DNA from: an uncultured Gammaproteobacteria bacterium
Lineage (GTDB): Bacteria > Patescibacteriota > Patescibacteriia > CAIXNZ01
Assembly: GCA_964590345.1 (NCBI GenBank)
Contig: CAZPVP010000004.1
Location: forward strand, 42-64,041
Direction: 5' to 3'
DNA length: 64,000 nucleotides
Shown: positions 38,202 to 48,979 of the stretch, one piece after another
Layout: each line of letters starts with the position of its first letter
Numbering within the stretch: position 1 is the stretch's first letter
Notes under the pieces: model-generated
Seen by the model: the letters and a program-made list of their open reading frames with translations, nothing else
Told to the model about the DNA's origin: nothing
Database searches by the model: none
Made by a program: the position numbers and the translations under genes

Positions 38202-38951
38202 ATGCCTAAAAGCAAGCAGTTAATTAATAAGAAAAAAAATTTTTGGCATCAACGTTGGTGGGGGATAGTTTTTTTGACTATTGGCGTATTGGCTTTCATT
38301 TATTTATCCGTTATCATTTATAAGGTGGTAGCTATTATTCAGCTTCAAAATCAAGCTAGAGCAGAAGCCTCTAAAGAGTTTTTAAATTCTAATATAAATA
38401 TCGGTAGTTCAAATTTACTTAGTTTATTGGAAACAACAGATGATCCTTATTTTGGATATCAAGAAGCTAAGTTGGTAATTGTTGTGTTTTTTGATTTTCA
38501 ATGCCCTTTTTGTAAAGAAGTTTATCCTACTATAAAAAAAATCAGGCAAGAATACCAGGATAAAGTTAAAATTATTTATCGTGATTTGCCGGATTTAGCC
38601 AATCACCCCGATGCTTTAACAGCAGCGATGGCTGCTGAATGCGCTGATGAGCAAAATCAATTTTGGCCTTATCATGATAAACTTTTTGAAAATCAGAATA
38701 ATTTATCAAAAGAAAACTTGAAACTTATTGCTTCTCAATTGGGATTAAATTCGAGCCAATTTAATCAATGTTTGGATAATGAAAAATATTTAACAGAAGT
38801 GCAAAATGATTTGCAAGATGCTTTAAAATTTGGAGTTACTGGCACCCCCACCTTTTTTATAAGTGGTAATAAAGTGCCAGGTGTTATCCCCTATGAAACT
38901 TTTAAATTAATAATTGAGAAGGCATTACGATTAAACAATAAAGATTTATGA
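38202..38951 (+). CDS. DsbA-like thiol:disulfide oxidoreductase with N-terminal TM anchor
   Basis: Thioredoxin-fold CPFC active site (FDFQCPFCKE). Confidence 0.75.
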   Translation: MPKSKQLINKKKNFWHQRWWGIVFLTIGVLAFIYLSVIIYKVVAIIQLQNQARAEASKEFLNSNINIGSSNLLSLLETTDDPYFGYQEAKLVIVVFFDFQCPFCKEVYPTIKKIRQEYQDKVKIIYRDLPDLANHPDALTAAMAAECADEQNQFWPYHDKLFENQNNLSKENLKLIASQLGLNSSQFNQCLDNEKYLTEVQNDLQDALKFGVTGTPTFFISGNKVPGVIPYETFKLIIEKALRLNNKDL

Positions 38952-39505
38952 TTGAGATAAGAATTCATGGGCGTGGTGGCCAAGGCAATGTTACTTTAGC
39001 GGAATTAATTGCTATGGCAGCTTTTTATGACGGCGAATTTGTCCAAGCTTTCCCTAGTTTTGGAGTGGAGCGCAAGGGATCGCCAGTTAAGGCTTTTGCT
39101 AAAATTGATGATGAGTTTGTTTGCAGCCGTGAGCAGATTTATCAGCCGGATTATATAATAATTCAGGATCCGAGTTTGGTTAAAGCTGCTAATTCTTTAG
39201 ATGGTGCAAAAAAAGAGACCATAGTTTTAATTAATTCTAATAAATTACCTAGCGAAGTTTGCCCTGGCTATACAGGTAAGGTTCATTGCGTGCCGGTCTT
39301 AGATATTGCTTTGCAAATAATTGGCAAGCCGATTATTAATACGGCAATGCTTGGCGCTTTTGCCAAAATTAGTAATTTAATAAAATTAGAATCAGCAGTT
39401 AAAGCAATTGAAATTAATTTGGGAGAAAAATATGAAAAAAAGATTATTGATAAAAACATTAAAGCTTTAAAACAAGCTTATAAAGTTACTGAAAATAATT
39501 TATAA
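38948..39505 (+). CDS. porG: Pyruvate/2-oxoacid:ferredoxin oxidoreductase, gamma subunit
   Basis: IRIHGRGGQG motif; first gene of the POR-type operon. Confidence 0.8.
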   Translation: MIEIRIHGRGGQGNVTLAELIAMAAFYDGEFVQAFPSFGVERKGSPVKAFAKIDDEFVCSREQIYQPDYIIIQDPSLVKAANSLDGAKKETIVLINSNKLPSEVCPGYTGKVHCVPVLDIALQIIGKPIINTAMLGAFAKISNLIKLESAVKAIEINLGEKYEKKIIDKNIKALKQAYKVTENNL

Positions 39506-39507
39506 TT

Positions 39508-39789
39508 ATGAAAAAATTTAAGCATATTTTAACGGCTAAATCAGGCACAACTATTCAATATAAAACTGGCGGTTGGAGAACTTATAAGCCGGTAGTTGAT
39601 CATGAAGTTTGTATTGGTTGTGATATGTGCAATAAAGTTTGTCCTGAAGGGGTCTGTTTTTCTACTGGTCAAAAAAACAGTAAAGGCCGGATTTTTTATG
39701 ACCGTGATTTGGATTATTGCAAGGGCTGCGGACTTTGTGCTAAGCATTGTCCGGTTAATGCAATTAAAATGGTTAAAGACTATAAATAA
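39508..39789 (+). CDS. porD: Pyruvate/2-oxoacid:ferredoxin oxidoreductase, delta subunit (2x[4Fe-4S] ferredoxin)
   Basis: Two CxxCxxCxxxCP motifs (CIGCDMCNKVCP, CKGCGLCAKHCP). Confidence 0.8.
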   Translation: MKKFKHILTAKSGTTIQYKTGGWRTYKPVVDHEVCIGCDMCNKVCPEGVCFSTGQKNSKGRIFYDRDLDYCKGCGLCAKHCPVNAIKMVKDYK

Positions 39790-39861
39790 ATTTTGAGATC
39801 TGAGATTTGAGATCTGAGATCTGAAATGCATTTAGTTTTCAGGATTCGGAATTAAAATGAT

Positions 39862-41025
39862 ATGAATAAAAATAATAACAAAAAAATTTTAGAAGGGTCA
39901 CATGCAGTGGCTGAAATAATTAGGCGAATTCAGCCGGCAGTTATTTCTGCTTATCCGATTACTCCTCAAACCCATATTGTGGAAGATTTAGAAAGGATGA
40001 AAGCGAATGGGGATGCTGATTTTGAATATATCAGAGCTGAATCAGAATTTGCTGCAGCTTCAATTGTTTTGGGTGCTAGTGCAACAGGAGTGAGAACTTA
40101 TACTGCAACTTGTTCCCAAGGGCTTTTATTAATGACAGAAGTTTTATTTAATATTGCAGGCATGCGTTTGCCGGTTGTATTAACTTGTGCTAACAGAGCA
40201 GTTTCAGCTCCGATCAGTATCTGGAATGATCAACAGGATTCTGTGACAATACGCGATGCTGGTTGGCTCCAGTTTTATGGTGAAACAAATCAGGAAATAG
40301 TAGATCTTCATCTTGTAGCTTATAAATTATCTGAAAGCCTGCAATTGCCAGCCATGGTTAATATGGATGGTTTTATTCTTACGCATACTTATGAGCCGAT
40401 TGAAATTCCAAGCGAAAATTTGATTAGAAGATATTTACCTAAATATCAGTCATCAAAAGATGCAATTTTGGATGTAAATAATCCGCGGTCCCTTGGCACT
40501 TTTGCTCCGCCCGATCAATATATGGAAATCAGACAAGAACTTTTTAATGATGTTGCGGCAACTAAAAAAGAAATTAAAAAAGTAGCTTCAGAATTTAAAA
40601 AAGTTTTTGGCCGTAATTTAGGATATGAGGGGTTAATTGAAAAGTATAAAACAGGTGATGCGGATATTATTTTAGTGGCCATGGGCTCTGTTTGCGGTAC
40701 GATTAAAGAAGTTATTGATGAATTAAGAAAAAAAGGCAAAAAAGTCGGACTTTTGAAAATAATATCTTTTAGACCTTTCCCTGATGAAGAAGTTCTTTTG
40801 GCTTTAAAAAAAGCTAAATATGTTGCAGTGTTTGATAAATCAATCTCAATGGGCAGTGAAGGAATTTTAGCTACTGATATAAAACGAGGCGCTTATAATA
40901 AACTGAATTCAAAAATTCAAAATTTCATTGTTGGTCTCGGAGGACGTGACGTTTCTAAAGAAATGATTAAAAAAATAATAACTGAAGTGAAATTTAAAGA
41001 TAATAAAGTGAAATTCATAGGTTAA
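39862..41025 (+). CDS. porA: Pyruvate/2-oxoacid:ferredoxin oxidoreductase, alpha subunit
   Basis: POR domain I/II similarity, 387 aa, operon context. Confidence 0.8.
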   Translation: MNKNNNKKILEGSHAVAEIIRRIQPAVISAYPITPQTHIVEDLERMKANGDADFEYIRAESEFAAASIVLGASATGVRTYTATCSQGLLLMTEVLFNIAGMRLPVVLTCANRAVSAPISIWNDQQDSVTIRDAGWLQFYGETNQEIVDLHLVAYKLSESLQLPAMVNMDGFILTHTYEPIEIPSENLIRRYLPKYQSSKDAILDVNNPRSLGTFAPPDQYMEIRQELFNDVAATKKEIKKVASEFKKVFGRNLGYEGLIEKYKTGDADIILVAMGSVCGTIKEVIDELRKKGKKVGLLKIISFRPFPDEEVLLALKKAKYVAVFDKSISMGSEGILATDIKRGAYNKLNSKIQNFIVGLGGRDVSKEMIKKIITEVKFKDNKVKFIG

Positions 41026-41098
41026 AATTTATATCCGACTTTAGCCTGTATGGCTTAGTTTACTATCGCGCTGTTGGCGGATTAAGAAAGTTAAGAAA

Positions 41099-42028
41099 GT
41101 GGAGAATAAAAACAATTTAATTATGCCAGAAAAAAAATACAAAAATCCATTTGAACACCTGTTAAATCCCGGGCATACTGCTTGTCCTGGTTGCGGTCAA
41201 TTGATTGCCGCTCGTCATGTCATTGATACTTGCGGTAAAAATACTATTATTGCTAATGCGACCGGTTGTTTGGAAGTTACGACTTCAAAGCATCCGACGA
41301 GTTCTTGGAAAGTGCCTTGGATACATTCCTTGTTTGAAAATCCAGCAGCAGTAGCCACTGGTATTTTAACTGCTTTAAAGCAAAAAGGTTTAAATAAAAA
41401 AGTAAATGTTGTGGCCCAAGCAGGTGATGGCGGTACTTTTGATATTGGCTTGGGTTTGATTTCTGGCATGTGGGAGCGGAAAGATAATATATTATTTGTT
41501 TGTTATGATACTGAAGTATATTCCAATACTGGTTATCAGGCTTCAGGCGCTACACCTCACGCCGCTTTTACGCGAACTTCTTGGCCTGGCAAGAAATCGA
41601 TGGGCAATATTTATTTTAAAAAGAATATGATTGAAATCGCTTTGGCCCATGGTGTAGCTTATGTTGCCTCAACAACTTCTGGCTATATTGAAGATATTGA
41701 AAAAAAAGTAAAAAAAGCTTTAGAATTTGAAGGGCCAAAATTTATTCATATTTTAACGCCTTGTATTCCTGGTTGGGGCGTTGGAGATAATATGGCAATT
41801 GATTTGGGTAAGCTGGCCCAAAAAACAGGATTTTTCCCTGTTTTGGAATATGCAAAGGGTGAATTGATTAATGTCATGAAAGTTCCGCAAGATACGCCCA
41901 AGGTTGAAGAATATTTAAAGCATCACGCCAGATTTAAGCATTTGTTTAAAAATAAACAAGGTCGGCAAGAATTAAAAGTTTTACAGGATGTTTGTGATAA
42001 AAATATACAGAAATATAATTTAAGATAA
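41099..42028 (+). CDS. porB: Pyruvate/2-oxoacid:ferredoxin oxidoreductase, beta subunit (TPP-binding)
   Basis: GCxxxxxxxxGDG TPP-binding motif (AQAGDGGTFDIG) and N-terminal Cys cluster. Confidence 0.8.
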   Translation: MENKNNLIMPEKKYKNPFEHLLNPGHTACPGCGQLIAARHVIDTCGKNTIIANATGCLEVTTSKHPTSSWKVPWIHSLFENPAAVATGILTALKQKGLNKKVNVVAQAGDGGTFDIGLGLISGMWERKDNILFVCYDTEVYSNTGYQASGATPHAAFTRTSWPGKKSMGNIYFKKNMIEIALAHGVAYVASTTSGYIEDIEKKVKKALEFEGPKFIHILTPCIPGWGVGDNMAIDLGKLAQKTGFFPVLEYAKGELINVMKVPQDTPKVEEYLKHHARFKHLFKNKQGRQELKVLQDVCDKNIQKYNLR

Positions 42029-42050
42029 TCCCGCCAAAGGCGGGATTTAT
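42028..42050 (+). terminator. Terminator hairpin AATCCCGCCAAAGGCGGGATTT after porB
   Basis: Perfect 8-bp GC stem plus T-run. Confidence 0.65.
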
Positions 42051-42116
42051 TGACAAAATATTTTATTAATGCTAAGATTTAATATTAAAAATAAAAAGAA
42101 AAAAAGGAGGAATTTG

Positions 42117-42599
42117 ATGCCTAGAAGACGTTTGAAATATTATGCCAAAGGCCCAGAGGCAGAAGAAGCTGTGATTTTGGCCAAAAAAGTCTTTAATTTG
42201 AAAGAGCAATTGGGAATTAATTATGAACAAATGGCCAGAGAAACCGACTTAACCGTTTCTTCTTTACGCAATATAAAATCAATTTGGGTTAATGGCGCGA
42301 GAAATCCCCAGTATATGTATCCTTCAGTTGCCAATAGATTAGTCGAATTTTGGAATAGTCACCTTATTAATAGCAAAAGTAAACCGGCTAAAGTTAAAAA
42401 AGGTGAAAGCAGGATTAAGTCTGGCAAAGCAGAAAAAGCTGTTGATCAATCAGAATTCAATGAAAGCGTCTTATGTGTTTTAATTAAGAAAGTCGGTCTA
42501 TCTCAAGCGCAAAAAGTGCTTAAAGTGCGGGGGAAAGAAGATAAATTGAAAGACTTTCTGGAGTCTTTGTCATCTGAAAAATTGGCGGATTTGGTTTGA
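42117..42599 (+). CDS. Hypothetical HTH (XRE-like) DNA-binding protein; start set at the ATG after AAAGGAGGAATTTG
   Basis: Strong RBS; segment INYEQMARETDLTVSSLRNI resembles a helix-turn-helix. Confidence 0.4.
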   Translation: MPRRRLKYYAKGPEAEEAVILAKKVFNLKEQLGINYEQMARETDLTVSSLRNIKSIWVNGARNPQYMYPSVANRLVEFWNSHLINSKSKPAKVKKGESRIKSGKAEKAVDQSEFNESVLCVLIKKVGLSQAQKVLKVRGKEDKLKDFLESLSSEKLADLV

Positions 42600-42809
42600 T
42601 TATTATCAAACACAATCCTTACGTAAAAAACGTAAGGATTTTTATTTTTAAAGGATGTTTGGTTCTTCTTTCTTGACCTAATTATTTTGTTATGTTAGAA
42701 TGTGTATTAATAGTGTTTAGGAATTAAGATAGTAGGTCGCTGATTTTAGATTATGGATTATTAATCAGAAATTTGCAATCTGAAATTTTAAATCAATAAA
42801 AATAAAATC

Positions 42810-45662
42810 ATGGCAAAAAAAGATAAAATAATTATCAAAGGCGCCAGAGTGCACAATTTAAAAAATATTAATGTTGAAATTCCGAAAAATAAATTTGTGG
42901 TAATTACTGGACTTTCGGGTTCTGGTAAATCATCTTTAGCTTTTGATATTATTTTTGCTGAAGGCCAAAGACAATATGTAGAAAGTTTATCTTCTTATGC
43001 CCGCCAGTTTATTGGCGTGATGGATAAACCCGATGTTGATCAGATAGAAGGATTGTCGCCAGTTATTGCCATAGACCAGAAAACAACTTCTAATAATCCT
43101 CGCTCAACTGTCGGTACCATAACGGAGATCTATGATTACCTCCGTCTTTTATTTGCTCGCATCGGCCAAGTTCATTGTCCGGTTTGCGGTGATAAAATTG
43201 AAAAATTAGGTGTTGAACAAATTATTGAAAAGATTTTAGAATTGCCAAAACAAACCAGAATTACTATTTTAGCTCCAATTGTTATTAATAAGAAAGGTAA
43301 TCTTGATCATTTGATAAAAAAAATGAAAAAAGCTAATTTTTATCAATTAAGACTGGATGGGAAAATTTACAGCATGAAAGAAATGGAAGAAATAGTTATT
43401 GATGAAGATAATGCCCATGAGTTAGATGTTGTTGTTGATCATGTTTTTGTGGAAAGAGTTAGGCCAGAAAAATTAAGTCAAAGCGCTTTGTATCTTGCTG
43501 TAAAAAATGCTTTGGATTTGGCCAATGGTATGGTTAAAATTTTACGCAAGGATAATAATCAGGAATTAAAATTTTCCCAGCATTTGCATTGTTCAAAATG
43601 TGGTATTAATTTGCCAGAGATTGAATTGCGAAGTTTTTCTTTTAATTCACCTTTTGGCGCTTGCCCTAAATGTACTGGTTTGGGCGTGCGGTTGGAAATA
43701 GATCCGCAGTTAGTCGTTTTTAATCCTAAATTAACCATAGAGCAAGGTGCAGTTAAAGTTTGGTCACGTTTAACTTCTAATCAGCCCTTGCAGCATAAAA
43801 TTATAGCTGCCGTTGCCAAAGCCCATAAAGTCCCTTTGAATAAACCGGTTAATAAGATGAAAAAAGCAGATTTAAATTTAGTTTTATATGGGACCGGGGA
43901 TGAAGAATATGAAATTGGCAATAAAAAATATAAATTTGAAGGCATTATTCCTTTTTTGGAAAACAAATATAAAGAAACTGATTCTGATTATGTGCAAAAA
44001 GAAATAGAAGATTACATGCGAGAGATTATTTGTCCTGAATGTCAGGGCAAAAGATTAAGGCCTGAAAGTTTGGCAGTTACAATTTTGGGTAAAAATATTG
44101 CAGATTTAGTTAATTTAGATTTGCAGGCACTTTTTGATTGGTTTTCTGAAATTGAAAAAAAAGTTAAAAGCAAAAAAAAAGGCCTGACAGAAAAAGAGTA
44201 TAAAATCGCAGAGCAATTAATTTGCGAGATAAAAAAAAGATTAGAATATTTAATTGCGGTTTCTTTGGATTATTTAACTTTGGATCGCAGCGCTACGACT
44301 TTGGCTGGCGGTGAATCACAAAGAATTCGTTTGGCTAAACAGATTTCTTCTTCATTGACTGAAATAATTTATGTTTTGGATGAGCCTTCTATTGGCATGC
44401 ATCAGCGTGATATAGAGCGTTTAATTAATACTTTAAAAAAATTAAGAGATACGGGAAATACTGTTTTAGTTGTTGAGCATGATCAGGCAATTATGCAAGA
44501 AGCTGACATTGTGATTGATTTAGGGCCAGGCGCTGGCGAGTATGGTGGTAAAATTGTTGATCTTGGCACTTTGGATAAGATAAAAAAGAACAAAGATTCA
44601 TTGACTGGTTTGTATCTTTCCGGGAAATATAAAATTGAAACACGAAAAAAATATCGTAAAGGTAATAATAAAAATATAACCGTCAAAGGAGCTACAGCTA
44701 ATAATTTAAACAATATAGATGTTAAGTTTCCTTTAGGTAAATTTATTACGGTGACAGGTGTCTCTGGCTCTGGTAAATCAACTTTAGTTACAGATATTTT
44801 GTCTAGGGCTTTAGCCAAAAATTTTTATCGAGCAAAAGAACAACCGCTTGAACATAAAGAAATTGCAGGTATTAGTAATTTGGATAAAGTAATTACAGTT
44901 GACCAAAGTCCGATTGGCCGTACTCCGCGTTCAAATCCTGCCACTTATACAGGTGTTTTCACTTATATCCGCGATTTATTTACTCAAGTTCCAGAAGCCA
45001 AAATGCGCGGTTTTGATGCCGGTAAATTCAGCTTTAATGTAGTTGGCGGACGCTGTGAAACTTGTGCAGGCGAGGGTTTGGTCAAAATTGAAATGCAATT
45101 TTTACCGGATGTTTATGTTGAATGTGAAGAATGTCATGGTAGCCGTTATGTTAAAGAAGCATTGGAAATTCATTATAAGGGTAAAAATATTGCTGATGTT
45201 TTGGCTATGCCAGTTGAAGAAGCGCGCCGTTTTTTTGCTGATATTCCGATAATTTATGAAAAATTAATGATTTTATATGATGTTGGTTTGGGTTATATTA
45301 AATTGGGTCAGCCAGCTACCACACTTTCAGGCGGTGAAGCCCAGCGTGTTAAATTAGCTACAGAACTTTCGCGTCGAGCAACTGGCAAAACATTATATAT
45401 TTTAGATGAACCAACAACCGGTTTGCATTTTGATGATATTAATCGTTTATTGGGCGTTTTGCATAAATTAGTTGATAAAGGTAATACTGTTTTGGTCATT
45501 GAGCATAATTTGGATGTAGTCAAGCAAGCTGATTGGGTAATTGATATGGGACCGGAAGGCGGTGATAAAGGCGGTAAAATTGTAGCTCAGGGTCCGCCAA
45601 AGGTCATTGCCAAAATCAAAAATAGTTATACAGGAAAATTTTTAAAGAAATTAGTGAAATAA
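42810..45662 (+). CDS. uvrA: Excinuclease ABC subunit A
   Basis: Two ABC ATPase modules (Walker [11 protein letters not shown] and [10 protein letters not shown]), Zn-finger Cys clusters, 950 aa. Confidence 0.9.
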   Translation: MAKKDKIIIKGARVHNLKNINVEIPKNKFVVITGLSGSGKSSLAFDIIFAEGQRQYVESLSSYARQFIGVMDKPDVDQIEGLSPVIAIDQKTTSNNPRSTVGTITEIYDYLRLLFARIGQVHCPVCGDKIEKLGVEQIIEKILELPKQTRITILAPIVINKKGNLDHLIKKMKKANFYQLRLDGKIYSMKEMEEIVIDEDNAHELDVVVDHVFVERVRPEKLSQSALYLAVKNALDLANGMVKILRKDNNQELKFSQHLHCSKCGINLPEIELRSFSFNSPFGACPKCTGLGVRLEIDPQLVVFNPKLTIEQGAVKVWSRLTSNQPLQHKIIAAVAKAHKVPLNKPVNKMKKADLNLVLYGTGDEEYEIGNKKYKFEGIIPFLENKYKETDSDYVQKEIEDYMREIICPECQGKRLRPESLAVTILGKNIADLVNLDLQALFDWFSEIEKKVKSKKKGLTEKEYKIAEQLICEIKKRLEYLIAVSLDYLTLDRSATTLAGGESQRIRLAKQISSSLTEIIYVLDEPSIGMHQRDIERLINTLKKLRDTGNTVLVVEHDQAIMQEADIVIDLGPGAGEYGGKIVDLGTLDKIKKNKDSLTGLYLSGKYKIETRKKYRKGNNKNITVKGATANNLNNIDVKFPLGKFITVTGVSGSGKSTLVTDILSRALAKNFYRAKEQPLEHKEIAGISNLDKVITVDQSPIGRTPRSNPATYTGVFTYIRDLFTQVPEAKMRGFDAGKFSFNVVGGRCETCAGEGLVKIEMQFLPDVYVECEECHGSRYVKEALEIHYKGKNIADVLAMPVEEARRFFADIPIIYEKLMILYDVGLGYIKLGQPATTLSGGEAQRVKLATELSRRATGKTLYILDEPTTGLHFDDINRLLGVLHKLVDKGNTVLVIEHNLDVVKQADWVIDMGPEGGDKGGKIVAQGPPKVIAKIKNSYTGKFLKKLVK

Positions 45663-45687
45663 AAAATAGTATTTTATAAATATAGAG

Positions 45688-45717
45688 GCGCGCTATAGCG
45701 CGCCTCTATAAATTTGA
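45688..45717 (+). terminator. Perfect palindromic terminator TATAGAGGCGCGCTATAGCGCGCCTCTATA after uvrA
   Basis: 13-bp perfect stem. Confidence 0.7.
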
Positions 45718-45833
45718 GATTAAATTTTACAATAAGTCATTTTTTATTTCATCCCGATACAATTTATGCAAAAGATGAGATATTAAATATCTGTTAGTAT
45801 AATAAATCGTACAATAAAATAAAGGAGGAAAAA

Positions 45834-46049
45834 ATGCATGATTGGTCAGATTTTCAAGAAGTATTAGCAATATTTTCGGTGATGGGTTGTCTTTATGGTT
45901 CTATCTATAGTTGCACAGGTATTGCTGCAATTATTCAAAATAAAAAATTTTTTTTGAATGAGAATGATTTATTCCGTTTTAGGATCTATGAAATTGTGGG
46001 TTTTTTGATTTTTTTCAGTAGTGTTTTGGTCTTTTTGCATCTGTTATAA
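45834..46049 (+). CDS. Small hypothetical membrane protein (71 aa) with strong RBS AAAGGAGGAAAAAATG
   Basis: Two hydrophobic helices; canonical SD. Confidence 0.45.
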   Translation: MHDWSDFQEVLAIFSVMGCLYGSIYSCTGIAAIIQNKKFFLNENDLFRFRIYEIVGFLIFFSSVLVFLHLL

Positions 46050-46154
46050 ATAAATCATCTTAATTCTAATCATTGATTTTTTTGTGTTGGATATATTTGC
46101 CACATAATAAGTCCGGCAAATTGATAATTAAAATAAAAATCAAAGGAGAAAAAC

Positions 46155-46787
46155 ATGAAAAGGATGATCTTGTTTGTTATTGCTATTTTGGTAATGGCGA
46201 TCCCAGCTTTAGCCAGTGATGAGGATACTGTCGCAGTTTCACAATTAAGCATTGCGGCTGACCATGGCTTTTGGGGAGAAGAAATAAACGGTCTTTCCGG
46301 CTATGCTTCGGCTATCTTTTTTTATAACTTTAATAATGATTATTCAGCGCTTTTTGGCTATCTCGGCCCGGTTATAGATATAGGCGATTTCAGCCTTTAT
46401 CCTTTGGCAGCAATTTATGCTGATACCTATGCTTGGATGGTCGGTCCTTCATTGTGGCTAGAATATGCCGGGGACGAAAATCATTTTTTTGTTGAGGGAG
46501 ATTATTATGTGCCATGGCTTTCAACTGAATCTGGTGAAAATGCCTAGCTACCCCCCCATCAGTATTATTGTTTTGCGGAATATTCCAGGTCATTTAAGGA
46601 TAAAGTCAATTTTGGCCTGGATTTTGAGGCAATGGGTGATTTTGAGGAAAAGCCTTATGAGCTGGCAGCGGGTCCGTTTGTCCAATTCAATAAAGTCAAA
46701 TTCTGGTTTTTCTATGACGAGGCGCCAATTGAGGAAGATCTTCATTACGTTGGCGTGAGATTTAAATTAACTTTAGGTTTTTAAAAC
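46155..46787 (+). pseudogene. Secreted beta-barrel-like protein gene interrupted by an in-frame TAG at 46545-46547
   Basis: Signal peptide, alternating aromatic/hydrophobic beta-strand pattern. The reading frame continues in the same frame for 79 codons after the TAG and ends in ...YVGVRFKLTLGF (C-terminal Phe, OMP-like). A C7 homopolymer follows the stop. Confidence 0.45.
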
Positions 46788-46828
46788 CAAAAAACGAGGC
46801 AATAGCCTCGTTTTATAATTTTATTAAA

Positions 46829-46915
46829 AAATAGCATTGTTTAACCGTAGAGACACGCCATGGCGTGTCTCTACAAATATGTAATTTAAATTTTGCGCAA
46901 CAATGCTATTTTTTA
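46829..46915. terminator. Nested inverted-repeat bidirectional terminator between convergent genes
   Basis: Outer AAAAAATAGCATTGTT / AACAATGCTATTTTTT arms enclose the perfect palindrome AGAGACACGCCATGGCGTGTCTCT. Confidence 0.55.
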
Positions 46916-47274
46916 TTTTCTTTTTTCTCGGAAACGGATTTTAAGCGTTTTTTATAATCACGAGTGTAATATAATTTTGCTCTTCTGACATATTTTTGAT
47001 CAACCAATTCAATCTTTTCAATAAGCGGAGAATGCAATGGAAAAATTTTTTCCACGCCAATGCCTTCACTGACTTTTCTAACGGTGATAGTAGCACCTTT
47101 TTCTTTGCCGTGTTTACGTGCTAAAACCAATCCTTCAAAAGCCTGGGTTCTTTCTTTTTCTTCACCTTTGGCCGTCACATCTTTAATCTTTTGATGGACA
47201 CGCACCACCATGCCTGGTTTGACTTCCAGCTTGTCTATGATTTGTTTTTCTTGGTTTTGTTTCTTTTTTGCCAT
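46906..47274 (-). CDS. rplS: 50S ribosomal protein L19
   Basis: bL19 conserved core (VRVHQKI...GLVLARKHG...TITVRK...[11 protein letters not shown]), 122 aa. Confidence 0.85.
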   Translation of the reverse strand: MAKKKQNQEKQIIDKLEVKPGMVVRVHQKIKDVTAKGEEKERTQAFEGLVLARKHGKEKGATITVRKVSEGIGVEKIFPLHSPLIEKIELVDQKYVRRAKLYYTRDYKKRLKSVSEKKENKK

Positions 47275-47377
47275 ATATATTGGTAATTGGTATATTGGTT
47301 TATTAGTAGATTAGGGATAGGAAAAGTATTTATAATAAAATAAAAATCCGAAAGGATTTAAGTAATCTAATTGTAGC

Positions 47378-47974
47378 TTATATTTGATTTTTCGTCAAGT
47401 TTTGAATAGCATCTGTGGTTTTTTTTACTGATTGTTCTACGGTAAAATTGGTAGTGTCCAAAATAAAATCATAATGCGATTTTTTTGTATGATCAATGCC
47501 ATAATATTTTTTGTATCGTTTCTTGTCACTGGCAATCCTTTTTTTTATTGCTTTTTTTACATCAGCCAATGAATTATATTTAGCCTCTGCTTTTCTGCCG
47601 TTTGATTTTTTTTTCTGATATTGCTTCCAGATTCTTCTTGTGCCTTCTTCCAAGCTTACTTTAATGTAGATTTTAAAAGATTCAGGCAAGAAATGAAACT
47701 GCGTCCTACCTTCAACAATAACCGGATATTTTTTTGCTAAGCGACGCGCTTCTTTTGCCACTTTTTTATCAATATCAACATCGGTTTCAGGATGATTTTC
47801 GGCATATTTATTCAGCTCACTTAAAGTCATTCCTTTTTCTTTTGCAATTTGCCTTCTTATTCCGCCGACATAAATGCGCTTGGCTTTTAATGTATCAGCC
47901 AGTTTTTTTGCAATGGTTGTTTTGCCACTACCCGGGTCACCGGAAATTGTGATGATTATATTTTGTTTTGGCAT
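47378..47974 (-). CDS. cmk: Cytidylate kinase, archaeal/short type (Cytidylate_kin2-like)
   Basis: P-loop ITISGDPGSGKTT; KRYKKYYGID segment typical of short-form CMP kinases. Confidence 0.55.
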   Translation of the reverse strand: MPKQNIIITISGDPGSGKTTIAKKLADTLKAKRIYVGGIRRQIAKEKGMTLSELNKYAENHPETDVDIDKKVAKEARRLAKKYPVIVEGRTQFHFLPESFKIYIKVSLEEGTRRIWKQYQKKKSNGRKAEAKYNSLADVKKAIKKRIASDKKRYKKYYGIDHTKKSHYDFILDTTNFTVEQSVKKTTDAIQNLTKNQI

Positions 47975-48056
47975 ATAAGATTGGGTTGGATTGTAAAACT
48001 TTAGTTTTACCTAATTATGGAGGCAGATAAAGCTAAAGCTTTATATTCCAATTGGG

Positions 48057-48977
48057 CTACTTTAATTCTTTAATTATTTTTTGAAGTTTTGTCGGCAATT
48101 TTGATTTAAATTCAAGATATTTGCCATCCAACTTTTCAAAGCCTAAAATAGTTGAATGCAAAAAAGGACGGTCAATTTCTAATTTTTCTTTAACCTTCTT
48201 TTGCTTATATAATTGATCGCCAGCAACAGGATGATTAATGGCATTGAAGTGAGCCCGGATTTGATGGGTCCGGCCGGTTAAAAGTTCTACTTCTAACAAA
48301 GAAAAATTTTTGAATTGTTTTTTTACAGCATATTTTGTAATTGCCTCTTTACCGCCTTGAGATTTTGGCTTAACAGCCATTTTGCCGCCATTAGCCGAAC
48401 GGGCTATTGGCATGTCAATAATACCTTCGGTCTTTTCCATTTGGCCGTGAACCAAAGCATTGTATGTTTTTTTTATTTTTCTGGTTTGAAATTGTTTTTT
48501 GAAATAATCAAAGGCTTTTTGAGTTTTACAAACCAGCATTAGCCCAGAAATGTCTTTATCCAAACGATGAACAATACCAGGCCGCAATTTATCATCTCCG
48601 ACTTTTTTGATTTTCGGACAATAAGCCAAAAGCCCATTGACTAATGTGTCTGTCTCCATTTTATCGGTCGCATGGACTAAAAGTCCGGCCGGTTTATCAA
48701 TGATAATAATATTATCATCTTCAAAAACAATTTTAATTTTTACTTTGGTATTAGCTTCTAATTTTTTTTCTTCAGTCAGGTCTTTGATTTTTTTATTAGC
48801 AATTTCAATTTGATCGCCCAATTTTAAAAAACGATGAACAGTAGATTTTTCACCATTGACTATTATTTTGCCTCGTTTGATAAGTTTTTGGATTTGTGAA
48901 CGTGTAATTGGCAGCTTCGTTGTTAGAAATTTATCTAAACGCTGGCCTTGTTCTTTGTCTGTAATTTTTATTTTCAT
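48057..48977 (-). CDS. rluD: RluA-family 23S rRNA pseudouridine synthase (RluD-like) with N-terminal S4 domain
   Basis: HRLDKDISGLML catalytic motif; S4 domain near the N-terminus. Confidence 0.8.
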   Translation of the reverse strand: MKIKITDKEQGQRLDKFLTTKLPITRSQIQKLIKRGKIIVNGEKSTVHRFLKLGDQIEIANKKIKDLTEEKKLEANTKVKIKIVFEDDNIIIIDKPAGLLVHATDKMETDTLVNGLLAYCPKIKKVGDDKLRPGIVHRLDKDISGLMLVCKTQKAFDYFKKQFQTRKIKKTYNALVHGQMEKTEGIIDMPIARSANGGKMAVKPKSQGGKEAITKYAVKKQFKNFSLLEVELLTGRTHQIRAHFNAINHPVAGDQLYKQKKVKEKLEIDRPFLHSTILGFEKLDGKYLEFKSKLPTKLQKIIKELK

Positions 48978-48979
48978 AT

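Noticed and set aside
46465-46758. Frame-2 ORF of 97 aa after the beta-barrel-like gene
   Set aside because: The same-frame continuation after the amber codon (46551-46787) gives a coherent OMP-like C-terminus. The frame-2 ORF is a low-complexity shadow.
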